Of a stretch of 43,733 nt of DNA, positions 19,536 through 29,075 are shown one piece after another; position 1 is the first letter of the stretch, and each line of letters opens with the position of its first letter. A program made the translations under genes and the position numbers. Below the pieces are notes generated by a model. It made no database searches and was not told the origin of the DNA. It was given only the letters and a program-made list of their open reading frames with translations. This DNA comes from Bryobacteraceae bacterium (GTDB lineage: Bacteria > Acidobacteriota > Terriglobia > Bryobacterales > Bryobacteraceae): positions 1-43,733 of the forward strand of contig JBGPKX010000001.1 in assembly GCA_041486185.1 (NCBI GenBank), given 5' to 3'.

Positions 19536-21014
19536 TCAATTTTGTTTCTTAAATGCTTCCTGTATGCCTTGTTCGGCCGCCCGGCGCGCTGCGGCGGAGG
19601 CCCCTTCCAGAGCAAGTGCGGTCTGATAATGTTTCGCGGCCTCTTCCCGATTACCGGCGATGTCTGAAAGGCGGCCGAGATATACATGCGCCCAGGCCTT
19701 CACCCAGGCGTCGGGCGAGGAATCGAGCACCTTATGAAAAAGCCGCTCCCCCATCTCCGGATCGTTTTGCAGGACAGCGATACGCGCCAGACCATAATAC
19801 GCCCGCGCGTGTACGGCTTGGTCGCTGCTTTGCTCCAGGATGCGAAGGTACGACTGCTTGGCGTGCTCGTAATCTTTATTGCCGTAGAGGCGGTCAGCTT
19901 CGTCCAGGGCTTTATCCGTGGGGCTGGGCGCATCAGTCATCCGGCGCTCCACGGCGACCACCTTCGCAGCACGCACGCGCGGACCTTCGGCGAACTTCAC
20001 ATTGGCCAGCCGTTTATCCTCTCGCGCCAGATCAATGTTCTTGACCATTTCCGGGAAAAAGAGGCGCATGGCGTCGCGCTGTTTCTCATAAATGGTAAGC
20101 TGCTCGGCGAAGTACGGCGCCAGGATGTAGCCGTCGCGCAGCGCGTCATCTACCGTGTCGGAGTGTCCGGGAAGCCGCGCTTCAATTGCCTTGATCAGCG
20201 ACTCGGTGGTGAGCAGAAGGAAATCGGATTTGAAGGATGGATCGAGCGCCGGAGCGCCCTGCGCATAGTCCTCCAGTGACTTCTTCTTGAGGATGTCCAT
20301 GCCGTACTTGGTCGCTTGCGGATCCAGCAGATAGTGCAAGTAAGCGTGGCGGATATCTTGCACGCGAGGCTCGGCGGATGGCGTCACAACCACGAAATAT
20401 TCATTTGCGTAGCTGCGGGTCTGCACCTGGTTCGGAGGGCCGAGCAAATCGAGATAAATCTGAAAACTGCGGCCCAGGTAGCCCGCGGTCGGGTTGCGCA
20501 GATAAGCGTTTACCTCCAGGATGGCGCGCGAGACCGGCTCGTGGTAACGCTCAAGCGCCCGCTCGAAAACCGGCTGCGACTGCTTCCACAGACCTTCGAT
20601 ATTTGCCTCGCGGGAGAAACGTGCGAGAAGCGGGCCGAAGGCCTCCAGGCCGCGAATATCCGGTGGCAGTTCGACTTGCCGGTATTTAGATACGAAATCG
20701 GGAGGACCCGTCACGGAAAGCGCGAAAGAAACGTACTGGCTCAGCTCGGCTGTTTCACTTTTCTGACGATGTTCCGCAAAGAATTTCTTCAGGTCTTCAA
20801 GGACCGGCGCGTGCGAGTTCTCCAGAGATTTGCGGATTTGCTCGCGTAAAGGGTCGTTGTTGGGAGACACGACCTCAGCATCGTAGCCGGCGGCATTGAT
20901 CGCAGCCATCACAGTGAACAATGACGGGCTGAAATCAAGTTGACCGCGCTCGGCCGCGCTACCTGGGATGGCCAGCGCACAAATCAGGAAGGCTGGGAAT
21001 AGGGATCGGATCAA
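19536..21014 (-). CDS. exported hypothetical protein with C-terminal TPR repeats
   Basis: TTG start and a signal peptide MIRSLFPAFLICALAIPGSAA. The N-terminal region of about 370 aa has no motif I recognise. The C-terminal about 110 aa is TPR-like (YEHAKQSYLRIL..., AWAHVYLGRLSDIAGNREEAAKHYQTAL). Confidence 0.6.
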   Translation of the reverse strand: MIRSLFPAFLICALAIPGSAAERGQLDFSPSLFTVMAAINAAGYDAEVVSPNNDPLREQIRKSLENSHAPVLEDLKKFFAEHRQKSETAELSQYVSFALSVTGPPDFVSKYRQVELPPDIRGLEAFGPLLARFSREANIEGLWKQSQPVFERALERYHEPVSRAILEVNAYLRNPTAGYLGRSFQIYLDLLGPPNQVQTRSYANEYFVVVTPSAEPRVQDIRHAYLHYLLDPQATKYGMDILKKKSLEDYAQGAPALDPSFKSDFLLLTTESLIKAIEARLPGHSDTVDDALRDGYILAPYFAEQLTIYEKQRDAMRLFFPEMVKNIDLAREDKRLANVKFAEGPRVRAAKVVAVERRMTDAPSPTDKALDEADRLYGNKDYEHAKQSYLRILEQSSDQAVHARAYYGLARIAVLQNDPEMGERLFHKVLDSSPDAWVKAWAHVYLGRLSDIAGNREEAAKHYQTALALEGASAAARRAAEQGIQEAFKKQN

Positions 21015-21053
21015 ACGCTCCTAGCTGGATGCCTTTCAGTTTACCGTATTTTG

Positions 21054-21075
21054 GCGCCGGAGTTGGTACCGGCGC
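21054..21075. promoter_or_regulatory. inverted repeat GCGCCGG-n8-CCGGCGC in the 202-nt divergent region upstream of korA
   Basis: The arms are perfect 7-bp repeats at 21054..21060 and 21069..21075. The repeat lies between divergently transcribed genes, so it cannot be a terminator. Confidence 0.3.
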
Positions 21076-21145
21076 GTCCGTGTGCGCCCATCTCTGTTAC
21101 TCGATTCATGCCGCACACGGCCTTCCGTGCGAACTGCGCGGCGGG

Positions 21146-21157
21146 TATAATTAGAAT
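21146..21157 (+). promoter_or_regulatory. tandem -10-like hexamers TATAAT / TAGAAT upstream of korA
   Basis: gggTATAATTAGAATgaa lies about 60-70 nt upstream of the ATG at 21217. I found no convincing -35. Confidence 0.3.
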
Positions 21158-21216
21158 GAAATTACAGTTCAACCTGATGGGCGTCTCTACCGCCCGGAGA
21201 AGGATCTCGCATACAG

Positions 21217-23061
21217 ATGTCTACGATTGAGGTTTCGGCAGCCTCGCCACGTTCAGGCGAGTTTCAGCAACCCGTAGTCAACGATTTCAGCATCCAGGTC
21301 GCGACAGTCAACGGTTCCGGCAGTCAGACCGCGAACAGCGTGCTGATGCGCGCTATTTTCCAGATGGGAATTCCGGTTTCAGGAAAGAACATGTTCCCGT
21401 CGAACATCCAAGGATTGCCCACATGGTTCACGATACGGACCAGCAAGTATGGGTACATCGGCCGCAAGAAGGAAATCGATTTTCTGGTGGCCATGAATCC
21501 CGAAACCGCGCGCGAAGACGTCATGAAGCTGGATGCGGGATCGGCGGTGGTTTACGACGAGCCGCTAAAACTGGACGCGCTGCGATCTGACCTGCATTTC
21601 TACCCGGTGCCATTCGACAAACTCGTGGGTCCCGTCTGCCCCGAGGCCAAGCTGCGTAAGCTGGTGCGCAACATGATCTACGACGGCATTGTGGCGAACC
21701 TGCTCTCCATCGATATGGAGGAGGTCCACAAGGCGTTGCTCAAACAGTTCGGAAAGAAAAAGGCCAAGGCCGCCGAGTTGAATTGGGGCGCCTGCCAGGC
21801 GGGTTACGATTACGCCGCCAAGACTTTTTCGAAGACCGATCCGTATCGTGTCGAACGCATGAACGCCACGGCCGGCAAGATTATCATCGAAGGCAATACG
21901 GCCGCGGCATTGGGTTGCGTGTTTGCCGGCGTCACGGTGGTCACCTGGTATCCCATCACACCGTCTTCATCGCTGGTGGAATCCATGATCGGCTACTTGA
22001 AGCGCTTTCGCATCGACAAGGAAACCGGTAAAGCCACCTATGCGGTGGTGCAAGCGGAGGACGAGCTGTCCGCCATCGGCATGGTGCTGGGCGCCGCTTG
22101 GGCCGGTGCGCGCTCGGTGACCTCGACCTCTGGTCCCGGTATTTCGCTCATGGCGGAATTCGTGGGCCTGGGTTACTATGCCGAGATTCCAGCGGTTATC
22201 TTCGACGTCCAGCGAGTGGGCCCTTCCACTGGCTTGCCAACCCGCACCGCGCAAGGCGACATCATTTCGACGGCGCTGCTTTCACATGGCGATACCAAGC
22301 ACCCCTTGTTGTTTCCCCAATCGCCCGAAGAGTGCTTCAGCATGGCCATAGAAGCTTTCGATCTGGCGGAGCATTTCCAGACCCCGGTTTTTGTAATGGT
22401 CGACCTGGATCTCGGTATGAACAACTGGATGGCTGATCCGTTCCAGTACCCCAGCAAGCCAATCCAGCGCGGCAAAGTCCTGACAGCGGCGGATCTCGAG
22501 CGGCTCGGCGGATTCGCGCGCTACAAGGATGTGGACGGCGATGGCGTAGGCTACCGCACCCTGGCCGGCACCAACCACCCGCAGGCGGCTTACTTCACGC
22601 GCGGCAGCGGGCACAACGAGAAAGCACAGTACACCGAGCGCGAGGACGACTATGTGAACAACATGGACCGCCTAACGCACAAGTTTGAAACCATGCGCGC
22701 GCACGTGCCAAAGCCGGTGATCGACTACAACCCCAAAGCAAACGTCGGCTTCGTCGCGTTCGGCACCTCACATTACGCCGTCGAGGAGAGCCGCGACCAA
22801 CTGAAAGCCGAGTACGGAATCGAAACCAGCTATTTGCGGCTCAAGGCTTATCCGTTCACTCAGGACTTGCTGGATTTTATCCGCCGGCACGACCGCGTTT
22901 ACGTGGTCGAGCAGAATCGCGACGCCCAGATGCTCGGCCTGATGCGCCTGGAGTACAGCGCCGGGGAGATCGCAAAACTGAGAAGCATGAGATATTACGG
23001 CGGTCTGCCACTGGATGCGCGGACCGTTACGGACGACATTGTTCGTCAGGAGGGGAAATGA
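21217..23061 (+). CDS. korA: 2-oxoacid:acceptor (ferredoxin) oxidoreductase subunit alpha (fused gamma/alpha-type, KorA-like)
   Basis: N-terminal gamma-like domain (GSGSQTANSVLMRAIF) followed by an alpha domain (GNTAAALGCVFAGVTVVTWYPITPSS). At 614 aa it has the two-subunit KorAB architecture. Confidence 0.88.
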   Translation: MSTIEVSAASPRSGEFQQPVVNDFSIQVATVNGSGSQTANSVLMRAIFQMGIPVSGKNMFPSNIQGLPTWFTIRTSKYGYIGRKKEIDFLVAMNPETAREDVMKLDAGSAVVYDEPLKLDALRSDLHFYPVPFDKLVGPVCPEAKLRKLVRNMIYDGIVANLLSIDMEEVHKALLKQFGKKKAKAAELNWGACQAGYDYAAKTFSKTDPYRVERMNATAGKIIIEGNTAAALGCVFAGVTVVTWYPITPSSSLVESMIGYLKRFRIDKETGKATYAVVQAEDELSAIGMVLGAAWAGARSVTSTSGPGISLMAEFVGLGYYAEIPAVIFDVQRVGPSTGLPTRTAQGDIISTALLSHGDTKHPLLFPQSPEECFSMAIEAFDLAEHFQTPVFVMVDLDLGMNNWMADPFQYPSKPIQRGKVLTAADLERLGGFARYKDVDGDGVGYRTLAGTNHPQAAYFTRGSGHNEKAQYTEREDDYVNNMDRLTHKFETMRAHVPKPVIDYNPKANVGFVAFGTSHYAVEESRDQLKAEYGIETSYLRLKAYPFTQDLLDFIRRHDRVYVVEQNRDAQMLGLMRLEYSAGEIAKLRSMRYYGGLPLDARTVTDDIVRQEGK

Positions 23062-24101
23062 GTACCACGGTAACTCCGCCACCGAAGAAGGTGAATCGCA
23101 TCGGACTCGAGGTCTTGAGTTATAAGGGCGCCAAGACCACGCTGTGCGCGGGCTGCGGCCATAACGCGATTTCAGAGCGTATCATCGAATGCTTTTACGA
23201 GTTGGGCGTGCAGCCCTGGAACGTGGCGAAATTCTCGGGCATCGGCTGCTCGTCGAAATCGCCGGCCTATTTCCTGGGACTGTCGCACGGCTTCAATGGG
23301 GTCCACGGGCGTATGCCTTCGATCGCCACCGGCGCCATGCTTGCCAATCGTACGGTGCTGGGCATCGGTGTCACCGGCGATGGCGATACCGCGTCCATCG
23401 GGCTGGGCCAGTTCATGCACCTGCTGCGACGCAATCTGCCGTTTATCTACATCATCGAAGACAATGGCGTCTATGGGCTGACCAAAGGACAGTTCTCAGC
23501 CACCGCGGACCTGGGCTCGAAATTGAAGACCGGTGTTATCAATGATCTTCCTCCATTCGATTGCTGCGCCCTGGCTCTGCGCTGTGGCGCAACGTTCGTG
23601 GCGCGCTCGTTCTCCGGAGATAAGAAGCAGCTCCAGGCCATTCTGAAAACCGCCATCGCGCACAATGGGCTTTCTGTAATCGACGTGATCTCGCCCTGTA
23701 CCACGTTTAACGATCACGAAGGCTCCACCAAGAGCTACAGCTACATCAAGGAGCACGACGAGATCCTGAATGAACTGGATTTCGTTCCGTTCTATGAGGA
23801 CATTTCGGTCGAGATCGACGAAGGTGAAGTAAAAGAAGTTGAGTTGCACGATGGCTCGAAGCTCCGCATCAAGAAGCTGGGACGCGATTACGATCCGAGC
23901 AACAAGTTCGATGCGCTCAAAGCCATGGATGAGGCGGAGAAGAAGGGTGAAGTCTTGACTGGCGTCTTTTATGTAGACACTAAGAAACCTAACTTCATGG
24001 AGATGTTGAATCTGCAGGATGCGCCGCTGGCAACTCTTCCGGAATCGAAGGTCCGGCCGCCTAAGGACGTGTTGGATCAGGTGATGGAGGAGCTGCGCTG
24101 A
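23058..24101 (+). CDS. korB: 2-oxoacid:ferredoxin oxidoreductase subunit beta (TPP-binding)
   Basis: ATGA overlap with korA. Cys motif CAGCGHN and TPP-binding motif GVTGDGDTASIGLGQF...EDNGVYGLTKGQ. Confidence 0.9.
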   Translation: MSTTVTPPPKKVNRIGLEVLSYKGAKTTLCAGCGHNAISERIIECFYELGVQPWNVAKFSGIGCSSKSPAYFLGLSHGFNGVHGRMPSIATGAMLANRTVLGIGVTGDGDTASIGLGQFMHLLRRNLPFIYIIEDNGVYGLTKGQFSATADLGSKLKTGVINDLPPFDCCALALRCGATFVARSFSGDKKQLQAILKTAIAHNGLSVIDVISPCTTFNDHEGSTKSYSYIKEHDEILNELDFVPFYEDISVEIDEGEVKEVELHDGSKLRIKKLGRDYDPSNKFDALKAMDEAEKKGEVLTGVFYVDTKKPNFMEMLNLQDAPLATLPESKVRPPKDVLDQVMEELR

Positions 24102-24183
24102 GGCGCGGACACTGGAAGCTGCCGTGCATGGCATACTGGTCCGTAGTGGCGGGTGACTCACGCTCCCCTTGCCGGACCGGCCA

Positions 24184-24519
24184 ATGGCAAAATCCACGGT
24201 CTCTCCTGAAACGGAAGTCATCAATCGCGCGGACCTGACGCCGCTCTATCGCGTGGTACTGCTGGATGACGATGACCACACTTACGATTACGTCATCGAA
24301 ATGCTGCAGAAGATCTTCATTTTCTCGCTCGATCGAGCTTACCGGCATGCCGAAGAGGTCGATACGTGCGGCCGTACGGTCCTGATTACTTGCGAGCTCC
24401 TTGAAGCGGAGTTCGCGCGCGACCAAATACACGCCTACGGCCCGGACTGGCGCCTCCCGCGATCAAAGGGTTCAATGTCGGCCATCGTCGAGCCGGCCGG
24501 CGCCAGAGATTCGAATTAG
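24184..24519 (+). CDS. clpS: ATP-dependent Clp protease adaptor ClpS
   Basis: The core YRVVLLDDDDHTYDYVIEMLQKIF...AYRHAEEVDTCGRTVL matches the ClpS fold signature. The ATG at 24184 is preferred over the TTG at 24169. Confidence 0.88.
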   Translation: MAKSTVSPETEVINRADLTPLYRVVLLDDDDHTYDYVIEMLQKIFIFSLDRAYRHAEEVDTCGRTVLITCELLEAEFARDQIHAYGPDWRLPRSKGSMSAIVEPAGARDSN

Positions 24520-24531
24520 CAACGAACTGGT

Positions 24532-25500
24532 ATGATAAAAGAGATGAGTTACTCGAGATTTGCTTTGGTTTTGGTGGGTGCCGCGTGCGTTTCCGCACAG
24601 ACTCCCGCGCCCAGCCAGGCGCCGGCGATTCCCCCCGCACGCGTCGTAATCACTCCAACCAATCCTGCTTTAGCCGCTCCCGTTCCCCCCGATAAGGTCG
24701 TATTGACCGTTGGCGATGAAAGGGTAACGGCTGGCGAGTTCGAGCAATTGATCGACGTGCTTCCTGAGCAGGTACGGACGGCAGCCAGGGGTCCCAACAA
24801 GCGGCAATTCGCCGAGCAACTTGTGCGTATCAAGGTCATGTCGCAGGAAGCGCATAAGCGGAAGTTAGACGAAACCCCGGTAGTTCAGCATCAGCTTGCC
24901 TTGCAGAAAGAAAACTTGCTGGCGAACGCGCTGTTCCAGGACATGAGCGCGAACGTCAAGGTCGACGAAGCGACTGAGCGCCAGTACTACGAGGAACACA
25001 AGTCGGAATACGAGACCGTGCATGGGCGCCACATCCTGGTTCGCATGAAGGGCTCACCTCTGGCTCTGCGCACCGGCAAACAGGAACTCACCGAAGAAGA
25101 AGCTCTGGCCAAGGCGCAGGATCTTCGGAAGAAGTTGCTGGCCGGCGGCGATTTTGCCGCGCTCGCCAAAACGGAGTCGGATGATACCGGCTCGGGAACG
25201 AACGGCGGCGATCTGGGTTCGTTCAAGCACGGGCAGATGGTGGCGGAATTCGAGCAGGCTGCGTTCAGTCTGCCGGTTGGCCAAATCAGTGAACCCGTCA
25301 AGACCAAGTACGGCTACCACCTGATCAAAGTCGAACAGCACGATACCAAGACTTTCGACGAAGTGAAGGCGGATTTGGAGAAGAAAATGCGCCCGGGACT
25401 CGCGCGCAGCGCGGTGGAGAACCTCCGCAGACAAACGCCGGTGATACTGGACGACAGCTTCTTTGGTCCGGCGCCAGTCCCGCCGCAACTGGCAAAGTAG
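24532..25500 (+). CDS. parvulin-type peptidyl-prolyl cis-trans isomerase (SurA/PrsA-like)
   Basis: Signal peptide, then a SurA-N-like helical region. The PpiC domain follows (HGRHILV..., [34 protein letters not shown]). Confidence 0.85.
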   Translation: MIKEMSYSRFALVLVGAACVSAQTPAPSQAPAIPPARVVITPTNPALAAPVPPDKVVLTVGDERVTAGEFEQLIDVLPEQVRTAARGPNKRQFAEQLVRIKVMSQEAHKRKLDETPVVQHQLALQKENLLANALFQDMSANVKVDEATERQYYEEHKSEYETVHGRHILVRMKGSPLALRTGKQELTEEEALAKAQDLRKKLLAGGDFAALAKTESDDTGSGTNGGDLGSFKHGQMVAEFEQAAFSLPVGQISEPVKTKYGYHLIKVEQHDTKTFDEVKADLEKKMRPGLARSAVENLRRQTPVILDDSFFGPAPVPPQLAK

Positions 25501-25554
25501 CTAACGAATCGCGCGCCAGCATCCGTTTGTGTCCAGGCGGCGATCGCGGGGAAG

Positions 25555-26490
25555 CTAAGGCTTGCGGAAGAAGGCGCTGTTCGATTCCTGAAAGCTCGGG
25601 AATGTCTTCGACATGTGGTCGTGCCAGGTGAGCTTTTCTTCGTCCGCTAACGCCCACAACAGCCCGATCCCGCCCGCGCAGAAGCTGAGCCAAGTGCCCA
25701 GACTGCGTACCAGCCGGCATCGCCGGTTTGCCGGGAAGCCGTCGAAGTCGATGAGGCGCAGCCCGGTACAACGCATCCCCACCGTGTCGCGGCCAGCCCA
25801 AATCCACAGCATGCCGTAGAACATAGCCAGTGTGCCGAAGACGCCGATAAAGAACGGAATGGTCTGCCGGTTGAGGCGAAACATTCCACCCATGAAGTGA
25901 AATGCGAAGAGGAACAGGCCGAACCCGATAAAGATCATTCCACCATCGATGGCGGCTGCGATGGCGCGATGCTTGGGCGTGGCAACGGCAGCATCGCAGT
26001 AGATCACAGCCTCCACCTGGGTCTTTAACGTGCGCGGCCCCTGCGGCGCCGGCACCAGGAAATCAAGGCCACCCTGAAGATCTTCCTGCTCCAGGATGGC
26101 GGAACGCCGGCGAGTCTGAGATTTGGCCGGCGCTGCGGGCGCCGGTTTGGCAACCGGCTGCAGTGTGGCGGCCGGAGCCTTTGCGGCGGTTGCCATGGGG
26201 GAGGGCGGAACCGGCTGGATACGATGAGCCGCGAACGATTCAAAGGGAATCACATTCGAGCTGCCGATTTCTTCGAAACCCAATGTCTGTGGAATGGCTG
26301 CGCGGGCTGTCATCGGCGCGGGGTCGTCCACTTCAACCACTACCGCAGGCTGCTCTGCCAACGCCAGCGCCGGGGCGGAACGGCTCGCCGGATAACTCGG
26401 TGAAACCGCTGCGGCCTTCAAACGTCTACCACAACGCGTGCAGCGATGTTCGTCCTCCGCGTTCCAACCATGGCAGTACCGGCAATTCAT
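25555..26490 (-). CDS. RDD family membrane protein with N-terminal zinc-ribbon
   Basis: N-terminal CRYCHGWNAEDEHRCTRCG (CxxC-n10-CxxC), an Ala/Pro-rich linker, and a C-terminal RDD-type 3-TM domain (RAIAAAIDGGMIFIGFGLFLF ... RDTVGMRCTGLRL). Confidence 0.75.
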   Translation of the reverse strand: MNCRYCHGWNAEDEHRCTRCGRRLKAAAVSPSYPASRSAPALALAEQPAVVVEVDDPAPMTARAAIPQTLGFEEIGSSNVIPFESFAAHRIQPVPPSPMATAAKAPAATLQPVAKPAPAAPAKSQTRRRSAILEQEDLQGGLDFLVPAPQGPRTLKTQVEAVIYCDAAVATPKHRAIAAAIDGGMIFIGFGLFLFAFHFMGGMFRLNRQTIPFFIGVFGTLAMFYGMLWIWAGRDTVGMRCTGLRLIDFDGFPANRRCRLVRSLGTWLSFCAGGIGLLWALADEEKLTWHDHMSKTFPSFQESNSAFFRKP

Positions 26491-28969
26491 CGTGTCATCC
26501 GCGCATTCCCGCGATCAGGTGTGCTACGTTGCTCGATTGGGGAACTTCGCGCGTCATTGCTCTTTCTGTCTTGATATCACGCCTGTTCCGGTTTGTCACG
26601 AGGTTTCACGCACGGCCAAGATTTTCCTTGCCCTGACTTTTGCGGTGGCCATCTCGCCGGCGCAGGTTGGCCGCCCACCATTCGGGCCTCCCACGCCGCC
26701 TGCACCGACCGCCGCGCAGCCCAACCTTCGTGTCAGGCTGCCGCGTCCTAACGCTCCGCCGCCGGGCGTGTGGGACATACGAGCGGTTAGCGAGGAAAGC
26801 GACGGGCCCCTGCGTCACCTTCGCGGAAAAGCTGAAATCGAAGGGGCGGACGTGCTGCTCACCGCCGACGAGATCGATTACGATGACGACACACACGAGG
26901 CCAAGGCGCGCGGCAACGTAATTTTTCACCAGTACGCGCGCGACGAAGAGGTGCATGCGGACCGCGTGGAATACAACACCGAGTCAGAAACCGGAAAATT
27001 TTACAACGTGCGGGGCTGGAGCCGCACTCGGATCGACGCCCGGCCAGGCATGCTCACTTCCAACAACCCGCTGTATTTCGAAGGCGAATGGGCCGAGCGG
27101 GTGGAAGAAAAATACATCCTGCACAACGGATTCATCACCAACTGCAAGCTCCCCAATCCGTGGTGGACACTGCGCGGGCCGATGTTCGACATCATCCCGG
27201 ACGAGCGCGCCATCGCGCATCGCAGTATCTTTCGCCTGAAGTGGATGCCGCTCTTTTACGCACCATACTTCTATAAATCACTCGAGAAACTTCCGCGAAA
27301 AAGCGGCTTCCTGATGCCGAACATCGGCAATAGCTCGCGCCGCGGCAAGATGATAGGCCTCGGGTATTACTGGGCCATCAACCGCAGTTACGATGCCACC
27401 TACCGGGTGCAAGACTTCACCCAGCGCGGCCTGGCACACCACATCGACTTCCGCGGCAAGCCCTACGAAGGCGCGGACTTCGATGCTATTTTCTACGGCG
27501 TTCAGGACCGTGGTTTGCTGCAGAGTGACGGCACCCGCCTGAAACAAGGCGGCTTCAGCCTTTATGCGACAGCCAAGGCCGACCTGGGCGACGGATTTTA
27601 TGCGCGCGGCACGATCAATTACCTCAGCTCGTTGACATTCCGGCAGGCGTTCACGGAGTCCTTCAACGAAGCCATCTTCTCAGAGAACTACTCGGTAGGA
27701 TTCATCACCAAGCACTGGTCGTCATTCAGTTTCAATACGGTATTCGCCCGCCTGGAAAATTTTCAGAGCACCCAACCGCACGACTCCATCGTGATTCGCA
27801 AGCTGCCGGAATTCGATTTCACGAGCCGTGACAATCAGGTTTGGGACCGCGGCCTGCCCATCTGGGTGTCGTTCGATTCGAGCATCGGGCTTCTACGGCG
27901 CTCCCAACCGCTGTTTCAAACGGGCCAGTTTTCGGCGCGCGCCGACGTCGCGCCGCATGTCATGACGGCGTTCGATTGGAAAGGCTTTCACCTTGTTCCC
28001 AGCCTCTCCATTCGTGAAACGCATTACAACGAGTCGCAACAGGACCTGCACATCATTGGGCAGGACCTGAACCGCCTCACTCGTGAGTTCGCCGTTGACC
28101 TCATTGTGCCTTCGCTCGAGCGCACGTTTGACCGCAAGACGTGGCTGGGCGACAAGCTCAAGCACGTGATCGAGCCGCGCGTCTCCTACCACTACGTCAC
28201 CGGTGTTCAGGACTTCAACGAGGTGATCCGGTTCGATGAAACCGATCTGGTTTCCAACACCAACGAGATGGAACTCTCGCTGACCAACAGGCTATATGCC
28301 AAGCGCGGAAACGACGTGACCGAAGTTTTCAGTTGGCAGCTATGGCAGCAGCGATATTTTGACCCAAGCTTTGGCGGCGCGGTTGTGGCCGGCCAGCGCA
28401 ACGTCGTCCTGAGCTCGGTCGAGCTGACGCCGTACGCTTTCCTCAATGGTCCCCGCCATTATTCACCGCTTGTCTCAGTGTTTCGGGGCAGTCCCAAACC
28501 CGGAATCGGCTTTGAGTGGCGAACGGATTATGATCCGCTGCTGAACCGCATCGTCAACAGCGGGTTCACCACCGATCTGCGCAAGGGCAATTATTTTGTT
28601 TCCGCCGGGCACAACTCCGTGAGCTGCTTGCCGCTGCTTCCATCCGACGCCATCCAGTGCCAGGTCGCTAACCCGGATACATCTAGGCTGCTCTCGCCCA
28701 AAGCGAATCAATTTCGCGGACGTGTCGGTTTCGGCGACCCTAACCATCGTGGATGGAACACCGCTTACGACGCGGTGTTCGACTACCGGCAGGGCATTAT
28801 GCAGTACGCCACCGCTCAGGTAACCTATAACACCGACTGCTGCGGTTTCAGCGTGCAATACCGCCGTTTCAACTTCGGTGTGCGCAACGAAAATCAGTTC
28901 CGCGTGGCTTTCTCGGTGGCCAACATCGGCAGCTTCGGCACGCTGAAAAAGCAAGAGCGATTGTTTTGA
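26438..28969 (+). CDS. lptD: LPS-assembly outer membrane protein LptD (OstA family)
   Basis: OstA-N-like segment (GKAEIEGADVLLTADEIDYDDDTHEAKARGNVIF) followed by a large beta-barrel. The start is uncertain. The signal-peptide-like SRTAKIFLALTFAVAISPAQV begins about 56 codons after the listed ATG; in-frame GTG 26519 or TTG 26537 are more plausible. Confidence 0.85.
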   Translation: MQRCSSSAFQPWQYRQFIVSSAHSRDQVCYVARLGNFARHCSFCLDITPVPVCHEVSRTAKIFLALTFAVAISPAQVGRPPFGPPTPPAPTAAQPNLRVRLPRPNAPPPGVWDIRAVSEESDGPLRHLRGKAEIEGADVLLTADEIDYDDDTHEAKARGNVIFHQYARDEEVHADRVEYNTESETGKFYNVRGWSRTRIDARPGMLTSNNPLYFEGEWAERVEEKYILHNGFITNCKLPNPWWTLRGPMFDIIPDERAIAHRSIFRLKWMPLFYAPYFYKSLEKLPRKSGFLMPNIGNSSRRGKMIGLGYYWAINRSYDATYRVQDFTQRGLAHHIDFRGKPYEGADFDAIFYGVQDRGLLQSDGTRLKQGGFSLYATAKADLGDGFYARGTINYLSSLTFRQAFTESFNEAIFSENYSVGFITKHWSSFSFNTVFARLENFQSTQPHDSIVIRKLPEFDFTSRDNQVWDRGLPIWVSFDSSIGLLRRSQPLFQTGQFSARADVAPHVMTAFDWKGFHLVPSLSIRETHYNESQQDLHIIGQDLNRLTREFAVDLIVPSLERTFDRKTWLGDKLKHVIEPRVSYHYVTGVQDFNEVIRFDETDLVSNTNEMELSLTNRLYAKRGNDVTEVFSWQLWQQRYFDPSFGGAVVAGQRNVVLSSVELTPYAFLNGPRHYSPLVSVFRGSPKPGIGFEWRTDYDPLLNRIVNSGFTTDLRKGNYFVSAGHNSVSCLPLLPSDAIQCQVANPDTSRLLSPKANQFRGRVGFGDPNHRGWNTAYDAVFDYRQGIMQYATAQVTYNTDCCGFSVQYRRFNFGVRNENQFRVAFSVANIGSFGTLKKQERLF

Positions 28970-29075
28970 TCGCGAAGTCTGCGTCCTCCGCGCTCGCGCG
29001 TTTGCAAATGAGACGGAAGAGTTTCATTACGTCCGGTTTTCGGTAAACTGGAAAAATCAGGAGAGGAAACATAAA

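Noticed and set aside
21052-21066. Sigma-54-like TGGCGC-n5-TTGG upstream of korA.
   Set aside because: The -12 element is GG rather than the near-invariant GC. The match is simply one arm and the loop of the GCGCCGG/CCGGCGC inverted repeat.
24121-24134. Imperfect palindrome TGCCgTGCAtGGCA between korB and clpS.
   Set aside because: It is short and imperfect, with no supporting promoter elements, so it is easily a chance occurrence in GC-rich DNA.
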